From Chara braunii (Eukaryota; Plantae; Charophyceae): a stretch of 64,000 nt of DNA. Below the pieces are notes generated by a model. The model was not told where the DNA came from. It did not search any database and worked only from the letters and a program-made list of their open reading frames with translations. The stretch spans positions 710,244 to 774,243 of the forward strand of contig BFEA01000008.1 of assembly GCA_003427395.1 (NCBI GenBank), given 5' to 3'. Position 1 is the stretch's first letter, and each line of letters opens with the position of its first letter. The translations under genes were made by a program, and so were the position numbers. Positions 39,101 through 50,366 of the stretch are shown one piece after another.

Positions 39101-41406
39101 CTTCAGCACCCCTCTACAGTGCAGCAAGCAGACAAGGGACAAAACAGCAAAGCATGCGTGCTCTACTCCCGGTGGGTTGGCATGGTGACCGTGACCCAGT
39201 GCTTCGTCCAGGGCCCTTCAGATAGCTCCGCCCTCTCCTTCCATATGCTCCATGTGAAGGCTGATGACTCTCAAGGTTGAGCGCACACAACGACTCACAT
39301 GAGAGGACTCTCAAGACAGAACACACATCCTCACGGTAAGAAGTGTCAAAGAGGGTAGATAAGGTTAGGTGCAACGCACCTCAAAATAGCTGCCCCCAAC
39401 CACAGATATTCTCACCAGATGACCCGATGTTGATTGTGATGACCAATCGCTGCTTCGGCACAACCAGCATTGCACAACCGTTCCACCTCAGCATCAATCA
39501 CACACCGGATAGTTCTCATCACACTCCGAACACCCAATAATCACCACACAGCCTTCCTGGCGATACCCCTCACCTCCTGGGTCGCCACTTCTTCGCCGTC
39601 CTCACTACACACGTCCCATGGCACGGTTGCTCAGCGTACACACCGCGTGAATGTACCGCATTAGGCAGAAGATGAGTGCCAGATTAGCGCACCGAACCAC
39701 AGCTCCGATACCAAATTGCAAGGAAGATGAGTAATAGCGAACTTCAGCAATAAAACAGCATCATACAATGAGACCTGATAGTCGTGACCTCGACCCAAAA
39801 GCAGAATTGCATCACGAGTTTCACGAAATAAGAGCACACCAAAAGCTCATAATTGACAATGCTGGAATAGTCTCATCATCATCAACGAAGAACCAATGTT
39901 GATATCCTATCTGGCGCTCGGCGCCCAGACTACGAATGGCAGATCCTATCTAGCCTAGACTACAATGCTGCTGATGATGTCAACAGCTTCCCAAGTATGA
40001 GCAGATCTCGGCCAATGCCGCACGCGTCAAGCACCAGGTATGTCTCTCGTATCACTCACAACCTCCTTCCCCAACTCACAGATGCCACTTGCACCCTAGG
40101 ACCACCGTGCGCCCCATCCAGCATACAGCAGCGCAGCTCGGCTATGGCTGCCTGCTCCTTCCAGCTCGCCCGTGAGCGCGTGAGCCTTGCAGGCGATAGC
40201 GCAGCAGCGCTTGCGCACAAAGAAGCCAGTGCCCGACTGTGCAATGCGTGGGCAGGCCCTTCCCTATATCGAAGGTGCCTGCTGCTGCGTGCTGTGCTGC
40301 GGTACTGGGCCCCGGCCCAGAAGCTTCCGGTAGGCCCAGGGAGGCTGAGTCTCAGTCCGAAGGAAACGGGCCCAGGGCCTGGGGCGGTTATCAGCACCCA
40401 ATTGCCCTCAGCCTTTGTTCGGTCCACTTTGTGTATCCGGCCCAGGGCCTGCCTTAGTTACATGCAATGATGGCAGCCTGGGCCCGGGGTGCTTCCAACC
40501 AACTGGTGCTGCGCAACTACCTGAATTTCCCCAGTTGTGTGGTGACCCTGAAATGGCCTGTAGGCCTCGGGCGTGCCTGCCTTCACTTAGGGCGGCCGAC
40601 TGTGTGAAAAGAGGGCCCTGAAGGGCATATCGAGGCGCTAAGCCTCGCAGTATTAACTGTAAAGCAGGGGTTCACACTGCAGTTCCGCATTTTCCCTTTG
40701 CAAGTGGAAATCGTCATAGGAGCTATTTACTGTAAATCAGGAGTACGCACTGCAGAGCAACTTGTGTAACCTTATGCAAGAGGATCTGCTTGCACAAGTG
40801 GATCTGCACTGGGAATGCTTGTTATACAGTTGGTAATAGGGGAAATAGGCATAAGTTATCATGTTTTGAATCCCCACGGGTGCAGGCTAGGTGTCTCAGT
40901 CCAGAATCTAGGACTACAAATATGCTAAGTCACATCTAGGAAAGTCCTACTGTGAGTATGCCCTTGGTTGTACTTCAGCCCCTGGACTTCGATTGTTTGC
41001 TCGCGAAAAATGGAAAGGACTGCAGCTCTATTTGTGGGCAACCATGTCCTTCTTGCACCAAATGGGTGATGAGTGCTCAGAAAATGTGGTTGAAATGAGT
41101 GGTCACGAGCAAAGTGGCGTCATATCTTTCCTCTGTGTTGTGTTGTTATGGGATCTTTTCACTGATGCAGACTACGATAATCAGCACCATGCTAAGGTTG
41201 ACAAGCCCGGCACAAGAGCCAGCTCTGCCATTTTTCGAGCGGGGAGTGATTGCGAAGGCAATCCAGACAGCAGTGGACGATTTTCTAGAGGGGTGAGCTG
41301 CCTAGCATCAGTGACATGCTGACTTCCTTTCCTGCGGCAATACTGTTTAATGTCTCTCTCTCTCTCTCCTGTCTCTTATACACATCTAGATGTGTATAAG
41401 AGACAG

Positions 41407-41466
<60 letters not shown>

Positions 41467-41503
41467 CCTGTCTCTTATACACATCTAGATGTGTATAAGA
41501 GAC

Positions 41504-41593
<90 letters not shown>

Positions 41594-43084
41594 CCGAAGA
41601 CAGTTGCAGTTTTATTATATGAAAATCCATGAGGCCGGGAATTCCTCGACATCTCAACCCGGACAGAGCTGGCTGGGGCCATTAACCGGGTCCAGAGTCC
41701 CCTTGTCTGCAACTTCAACAAAAGGGAAACTGGAATAAGAAATGGCAAACAGAAATAAAGGAACAGCTAAGGTACTGAACCCCAGGAGGTAAAACCAGAC
41801 TATTCCTGTCCCCTTAAACCACCAGTACACCCGGGCCTGTTTTTCCAAACCGACACGCCCCCTGCGCGCCAGTTTTTCCCGAGCCTGTATCATTCGGGTA
41901 TCATTTGCGGGAATGGCTTTGTGGTACCAGTACCACAAAGCCATAGGATTGCAGGCGGGATTGTGGATTAGAAAGGCGGACACAAGATTCATATGGCAGT
42001 GTTTTTCAGAGCGCTGTAGATACTTCTGTGTTTTGTTTTCTGATTTAGTGTTTTTTTTTCGTTCCCGTTTTTTTTTTTCCAACTTTTTTGGGTTCCTTCA
42101 TGCGCGTGTAGCACGTCTCTGCTGGAGGAGTCGTCTGTCTTAGGTGAGTTATCTCTTATCTTCTTCCTCCTCTTTGGCAGTGACGAGAGTGTGTAGTTTG
42201 AGATTAATGTCGGGAATCCCAATGCTGTTATGTTTGTTTGTTTTTGCCACTTTTTGGTAAAAGAGTTTTTGGTTTCGTGGGCCGATGCGGAAGGCTCTCC
42301 AAGTTTTTCCGGACCTTTGAGGGGGTCGGGTCGGTGCCTTCTTGCTGGAGTAGTCTTCCGTCTTAGGCAAGTTGCTTTCTGCCCTCCATCCCCTTATGGT
42401 TTGAAATCATAGCTATGCCGGACCGGACTCAGGACCAAATCTGGCCCCGGTCCGGGCCCTTTTGGACTTCCGGAACACCGGAATTCTCTGGAGGATCCGG
42501 ACCGGTCCAGATCCGCTTTCCGGATGCATGTCCAGATCCCCGTATTTTCCAGGAAAAAAAAAAAGACAAAAACCGCGTACATACATACATTACCTCGGTG
42601 TGTGCGTAGGATGAGCAAAATCGGAATGAATCTTCAGCCAGAACATGGAAATATACACTGCCACACTTGTTTTTTTCTTTTTTCTTTGTTTTTTCCATGT
42701 GTGCATCAACTGAGCAGCCTGCCATTGTGCAAAATGAGAAGGAATCTTTCGAAAGAACATAGGAAGATGCACGGCAACGGATGTACATTGAAAAGAAATC
42801 CCGGTGTGAGTATGAACTAAGGTGCTGTCAGATGCAAATGTCGGCGCGTTCGCCAGAGAGAGAGAGAGAGAGAGAGAGGCTACTTCCATTGATAGGATGA
42901 GCAAAATCGGAATGAATCTTCTGCTAGAATATGGAAATATACACTGCTGTCCAGCCATGCGTGCAGAGAGAGAGAGAAAGGCTACTTCCATGGATAGGAT
43001 GAGCAAAATCGGAATGTATCTTCCGCTAGAACATGGAAATATCACTGCCACTTTTTTTCTTTTTTGTTTGGTGTGTGTGTGTGT

Positions 43085-43132
<48 letters not shown>

Positions 43133-44153
43133 AGATAAGTCTCCATATCTTTGTGGTATTTTTTGCATTGAATCCGAACAAGCTAAACGTGCAGCTATGA
43201 ACTTGTATTCGAGCATGAGTGTGACAGAGGGCGTCGTCAGAGGCAGTGCAAAGTACGATTTCAGGTTGAGGAAGTAGAGTATGATAGTTGTTTCTCAAAG
43301 TGAGCTGACAGAAACTGCCCTGGAGATAGTGACTGGATATGCGACGGAGCTGAAAGAGATCAGAATTGTAGGCATCAAAGAAGAACAAGTTTCAGTGACG
43401 AACCTCGAAACTGCACCTGTGGGAGTGCAAGGAACCTGCACGTCAGCACTGTGTCAGCACTGTGGTGCCAAGGGTCCAGAAGAATTCCGGAAGTTTAGGG
43501 TCCAGTTGGGGAAAATAAAGAAATAGGCAAGGGTATAGTGGGGGGAAAAGAAATAGGCAGAAGGGAGTTTCAGAAGTATAGTGTCTAGTAGAAAAAAATA
43601 GGCGGAAGAGTTCTCGAAATTTAGGGAGTCCAGTTCAGTCCAGTCCAGGGCTCAGTCCAGTTCAGTCCAGTCTAGGGTTCAGTCCAGTTCAGTCCAGTCC
43701 AGTCAAGTCCAGCCCAGCCTCAGGGGCCCAGGAACTGAATTGTCAGATGATCAAAGGGCAGAAGCATTTGCTGTCAATATGGAGGCTCACAAGAGTCGGT
43801 CAAGTACAAAATACAGGTAGGTCCTGTGCACTTGGTTGAAACAAAGTTTGACCATCAGTGACGTACAAAAGATTCTTCAATTGTCGCCATTGTTGGGTAG
43901 TCAAACCACTACAATGAAACAAAATAGCATACGGAATTCTTTTTTCAATCAGTCAACTCGAGATTATTTGCATAACCGCGGTTATGCAGTAGAGTGCCCA
44001 AACAACGAGTGAGAGGAGAAGTGAGACTCAGATTAGCTGTCGTTGACAGGGGTTCAAACAACGAGTGAGAGGAGAAGTGAGACTCACCGTAGCTGTCATT
44101 GACAGGTGTTGGGCACCATCGCTGTAGCATAGCATAGACAAGGAACAGAGAAG

Positions 44154-44245
<92 letters not shown>

Positions 44246-44636
44246 TTCTGAGGGCCAAGAGGGAGGGCTCATTCTCAGTGGTTTCTTGGCGTCCAGAGCC
44301 CCCCAGGTTGGTGCACAGAGGCTTGTTTATTTCTGAGCAATTTTGTGTGGTCATTTGTCATGCTTTGGTTTCCCACTCTCATGTGCTAAGTGCCTATCTG
44401 ATGGTCATGACCTTCCCAAATTTCGTCCATCTTTTCTTTCTCGCAGGGATTGTGATCAAGCACGCAACGGACTTGTTGACCGTCTGGAGTTTCTGCGACC
44501 TGATCGTGTCTTCATGGTGAGCTTGGGAATAGACTGCATCACATGTTATCTACATGGTGTGCACGAGAATATCAGGAACCAATTTGCCAGTGAAGTTGAT
44601 CGAGGTCTTCATACCTTTGTCGTTTTGTATTGAAGT

Positions 44637-44680
<44 letters not shown>

Positions 44681-44866
44681 NNNNNNNNNNNNNNNNNNNN
44701 NNNNNNNNNNNNNNNNNNNNNNNNNNNNNNNNNNNNNNNNNNNNNNNNNNNNNNNNNNNNNNNNNNNNNNNNNNNNNNNNNNNNNNNNNNNNNNNNNNNN
44801 NNNNNNNNNNNNNNNNNNNNNNNNNNNNNNNNNNNNNNNNNNNNNNNNNNNNNNNNNNNNNNNNNN

Positions 44867-44924
<58 letters not shown>

Positions 44925-47900
44925 CACACACACCATCACACACACACACACACACACACACACAGCCATTCGCCATAGTACCTGTCCGTAAAACATCACA
45001 CAAGATGGCAATCTGTTGCAAACGCTGGTACACATATAAGTTATCACAACATCTTGATAGTCCTACCTACAATCAAGCATCGGAGTCTGTGACCAGCATC
45101 CTCGAACGCCATGCGCTTTTCAATCAACGCTTCACAATCTAAACCCTAAATCCGAGCACACAAATCCCCACCCACTCTATGTCCAATTCTCGGATTTACT
45201 CAGCGAAACAACCTTTCCCGATCTGCACCTTGCTTAGCACCTCATCTGGGTGGAATAGGGGCTGTTGCAGTGAAAATTTAAAACTCCTTGCTCTGACCTA
45301 GACTATTGCGGCTATGGTTGCCTTCTTCCTCAAGAGAAAGTACAACGCTGTCCAATTGCAGAAACAAATGAATGAACTTGAGAGGAGGCAGGGAAAGAAG
45401 AAGAAAAAGATGTACACCAGCAAAGACCAATGATAATTCCTTCCTTCTCCGCCAACCACTCTTCTCCTCCTTTTCTCCTCCTCTCTTATTTAAACAATAA
45501 ATAATAATAATAATGTTGAATGGCTGAACCAGAATCGATGTCCAAGGCCCTCGTCTACTGCAGGTATCACATGAGGTCCACTAAAGCAATGGTGTTACAT
45601 GCTGCGCCTGCAACAGGCTGCACGGGCCATTTTCAGGCCCGTGTCCTTTTCAGCCCGAAAGCCTGAAAACAAGGGCCCACAGGCCCTGTATCGTTTCAGC
45701 CTGAAGGCCTGAAAACAAGGGCCTACAGGCCCTGTGTCATTTCAGCCTAAAACAGGGCCTTTCCGGCCCTGAGTCTTTTCAGCCTGAAACTGAGGGCTAT
45801 TTTCCGGCCCTCATGAGATTGACCTGCCCTGAAACTCTGGCACCAGACCAGTGTTTTAGCTCAGGCCATTTTTGGCCTATTTTCAAGACAACCTTTGTTT
45901 GAGCTTCAACCCCAGGGTCTGGCATGTTTTGGCATTGGCAAGAGCAGCCTCCTACCGGCCAGCACTATATAACACTGGCCCGCCCTGCAGGCTGCAGGTA
46001 GTTCCAAGGTACTTCCCAGGCACTTCACGTGCAGTTCAGAAGGCAGGAGGCAGTCTTCAGGATTCGGCAGCAGCTCTCTGGAGGAGCGCTGCAGTAGTAG
46101 TAGTGGCGCTAGCAGTAGTCTTCAGTGCTGGGCGCTAGTAGCGTTAGCAGTAGTCTTCAGCGCTGGGCGCTAGTAGGAGCTAGAGTAGTACTGGAGAGAG
46201 AGAGAGATTGGGCGGAGGCCAGGGAGACTTACCTGCAGCGCCATACCTCCAGCTTCGTCTTCAAGGTACCTGGAGCACAGCGCCATCTTCACAGGATAAT
46301 ACCTGGCACATGGGAGAGAGAGAGTTCTTCTTCTTCCTCTTCTCAGTCCACCATCTCCCTCTCACCCTCTCGCTACCTGACTTAACTGCATCAGCAGACT
46401 ACGAGAGAAAGGGAGAGCTTGGTGACATTTGGATCCAGACTCGACATTTGGGCTTCAGACTTTTTTTTTTTTTTTTTTTTTTTTCACAAGAACACGCCCC
46501 TGCCAATGTTAGTGATGCTGATAAGAGCAGACACCACTAACACCCAGGGAGAGGCTCCATCTATTGGTGGGGAGCATCACCTGCTGGAAAACGGGTCCAG
46601 CGTCCCATATGCAAAAATACATCAGATCTGACAAAAATGTTGGGGGGGGGGGAACCTCTTCACCTTGACTCGGTGCCAGATCCCTACTGCTACAAACTAG
46701 TTCCTCCCTCCCCACTCCACAGATGTGACCCTTTTATATACATGAGTATGTGCGTAGAGTTTGACGGGGGATTATTTGGGACTTGTAACGAAGACTTGGT
46801 GTTGACGACATTCCCATCTCTCCCCCTCTTCTTCGTCTGTTCCCCTCCTCTTCGTCTGTGCATGATCTGGACCTGGCACATTCTTCCTGTGTGTAGCGCC
46901 AGGCCCCTTCACACCTTGTGATGAGGATGATGTATGTTTGGTCTGTACTGCGACATTGATTGGGCTAGTCATTGGTATCCTAGCATTCTGCTACGCTGTC
47001 TTGTACCACGAGAGAGAGGTCAGTCCCGGTCAGGTCAGGACTTGTATCTAAGTCCCGCTTGTTGAGATTCCACTTGCACTGCATTGTCCATTCAGTCCTT
47101 TTTATCACATCGCGGATCCTTGGCTATTTACATACATCGCCCAACTGGTCATGTAACACATGGCCACTCTTCTTCCTTCCTCCTCAAAGGCCGAGGCTAT
47201 GGCGGATTACCAGGGCCTTGCCCTGCCAAAGGACAACACAAAGCAGCTATGGCTGCTCCTGCTCAGGCCGTCATGCCTGACTCTGCCTCAAAGCTTCTTG
47301 GTGCAGCTCTACCCCAGCGGGGCCTTCCAGATGCAGCGTCCACCAAGGTGATGAAGATGGCATCCTCCATAGTCCTAAGTTCCTCTGGCGCTCTCCCTCT
47401 TCCTAGTCCTCGTCTCCCTCCTCCTCCAGCCCGTGCTCCTCCACCATAGCCTTGGTGGAGAGCCGGGCGCTCTGTCCTCCCCAGCAGCGCTGCTCCAAGC
47501 AGCGTTGCTCCAGCGAGCGCTCCAAGCAGTGTGTCACCAAACTTGCACACCGAAGAACGAGTACTTTGCTCCTCCTGGAGATATAGTGGCCTGCTTGCCT
47601 CTTGGGCGGCGACTTCCTAGGCCGCGCGGCCTCCAAGCAACTGGTACCTCCTCCCTTTTGGAGGGAAACATCATTGCAGACTCTGATATTGCCTGTCAGG
47701 CCATAGATGGACTGGTACCCGCCTAGACCTAGCCCACGGCTACTGCGCCTCTAAAAATGCCAACTTTGTCTTCTTCTGCTCAGCCTCAAGTACCCTCTTC
47801 CGCCTACCTGCTACTTGAGTGTTTTTTCACTGCTCCAAAGCGTCGTGGGCCTCTTTCCCCGCTACTTGAGTGTTTTCCGCACTGCAACCCTCAATGTCAC

Positions 47901-50333
47901 GGCCACAGGTAAGTATCGGCCCCTCAGGCCTCCCGCACGGTCAAGTACCGGGTCAGACACACACCCAAACGGACAAGCACTCAGACAGGCACGCAGACCA
48001 GGAAACACGCACACACTCAGACTTGGAAAACTCAGCAACAAGCGGGAAACTCAGCAAAACTCAGAAATCAGCTATGTGTCTCAGTCCCTGTTTGGAAGGT
48101 CCTTGCATCTTCCTCTAACCCTTGCTATGGTGCCTTCTTCCTTCGGTGCAGGTGTCTGTCCAAGTTGAACTGTTGCACGAGCCACCAGCAGCTCGCCCAC
48201 AACCTTGCGAATGAACAACTGCCTTTCGGCAATGAGAACCTTTGACTGGATGTGGCGTGCTTGGGACCTGTACTGGTCCCCCACAGCCTGTCGGCTGCAT
48301 GTTTGCTGTTCCGAAGCCTCCGGACTTTCTTGGGATGCTGCTGCAAACTGGACTTTGGGACTGGACATGTCTATCGGGTACTGGTAGACTTTTACAACCT
48401 GTGAATTTTAGTTCTGGAACCGAGCGGACTACGACGCTTCGACCTACAGATCCTACAGAACCCCTAAGAACCTGGGGCTGGGCCTACCAAGACCTAGTGG
48501 GACTGGGTCCAACTGGGACTCTGGGACCAAGACTTGGGACATGTCCACAGCGTGAAATCCTTTCAGTGTTGGATTTAAAAAAAAAACTGGAGGAACGTGA
48601 AAAAAATTGTGAAATACTGACTATGCTCCTAGGCTACCAGCCGGGCCGGCCGGGTCCCGGGTGGCCAGCCCATGCAAAGACCAGAGAAGGTCCCACCAAA
48701 AATAAAATAAAATAAAGGCCTCCAAAAAATCCGAAAAACAACTATGTTATGCAGAAAAATAAATTGAACAACTTTTGCCTCAGGGTCACATCGAAATTCT
48801 TTACCAAATTTAAAATAAAAAATAAAATAAAATATATATTTATTTATTTTTTTATTTTTTATTTTTTATTTTTTATTTTTTATTTTTTATTATTTGGCCG
48901 GCCGGGCAAGTGACCCCGGTCCACTCTGGTAGCCTAGCTGTGCTCGATACTCATTTCGTTTTTGGTCATGCATATGCGCTTGCTGATTTTTTGCATGCAT
49001 AGCTTCTACTACGGCTTCATGAGGATATTGAAAATGCAGTGAACCACTGTCACCGATTGCATCATCTAGAGGCTCTTGGAGCCATGGTGGAGCTCCTAGA
49101 TCATCGTGTCACAGTGCCCAGTACATGCAGGTATGCCTGTCTGCCATCTTACAGCAAAGTACGGCCTGCTTTTTTTATTTTAATTTTATATTAATTGTTA
49201 TTGCCTGCCTTTTTTTTTTTTTTCCTCTTTCCCCGCTCTCATTTTCTGTTTAAAAAAGGTCTGAAAAGAAAAGAAGGTATTGCCTTCTCGTGTTTAGCAG
49301 TATATGTGGAATCACAGTCACATAGCGGCTTATGCGAAACAGATCTGCTGCTCAAATGACGTTTGTCAAGTTTGCTGTATATTATTTTATTTGTGTTTTC
49401 GTTTATTTGTTTGTTGGGTATTGGTGAATTTAAACAGAAAGACATTTATTCTACGTGAGTACTGGTCACACGTGGTTAGCAGAGACCCCCGCTTTTTGGG
49501 CTATAGGAAAACAGTGAAAAGGGCATTTGCCATTTGATGATGATTTTGAGTTGTTTTTCTTCCTTGTTTTTTACCCTGTTGTATTTTTGGCGAATGTTTC
49601 TGGGTGCGAAGTTCGGTGCTTGCTGTAGCCTTGCAGATAACGGTTTTGGCAAGCCCTGAAAATCCAATAAATCGAAAAAATGACGAGGATTAAAAAGCGT
49701 GAAAATCCTGACGACTGTAAAGGGCGAGTTTTGCATGAAAAGTTTGAAAACAAATTTTTGCCTAGGGGTATTTGGCTTGTTTGTGTTTTGTTTATTTTTC
49801 CCGTTTTTTCTTTTGCTGTTGGTTTATTTGTTGTCCGCTCTATGGATGGCACGTTTTGTTATTAAGACTACGTAAAAAAACCCTGAATAGGGCTTCTGGT
49901 ATTGACAAACAAATCAATTGAGCAGTTTCGTTTCGCCCCCCTCCCCCTCCCCGCCATCGATGACCACCAGTTCCGCGCTTTTTTTTTTTTTTTTTTTTTT
50001 CCTCGTTCGCACGCGTGTTCGGCCGCGTCTCCTTCCCTACTCATCGACTTTTTCTTCTTCTTCTTCTTCTTCCTCCTCGTCTTCTCCTCCTCTCCTCCTC
50101 CTCCTCCTCTTCTTCTTCTTCTTCTTCTTCTTCTTCTTCTTCTTCTTCTTCTTCCCCCCTCACTGCCCGCCGTCGATGACCACCAGTTCGTGCGCGTGTT
50201 CGGCCGCGCCTGCTACACGCGTGTTCGGCCGCGCCTCCTCCCCCCTCATCGACTTTTTCGTCTTCTTTTTTTCTTCTTCTTCCTCCTCGTCTTATCCTCC
50301 TCTCCTCCTCCTCCTCCTCCTCCTCCTCCTCCT

Positions 50334-50366
<33 letters not shown>

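Larger units (their letters stand above)
34565..40649 (-). mobile_element. Ty3/Gypsy LTR retrotransposon family B: 5' LTR, PBS, leader, gag, protease, partial RT and integrase start; disrupted
   Basis: gag ([18 protein letters not shown]...[11 protein letters not shown]), protease ([11 protein letters not shown]), RT ([18 protein letters not shown]...DYRGLN...FSKIDLKSG), integrase ([12 protein letters not shown]...GLLKPLPIP). Confidence 0.93.
45290..48565 (+). repeat. Composite LTR-like repeat (family D then family C), interrupted by solo LTR A
   Basis: Homologous to 22155-23080 (-) and to 8440-8925; ends tcctttca. Confidence 0.6.

Noticed and set aside
41369-41505. Genuine Tn5/IS50 insertion
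   Set aside because: It is the exact synthetic mosaic-end junction with no transposase, i.e. a library adaptor.
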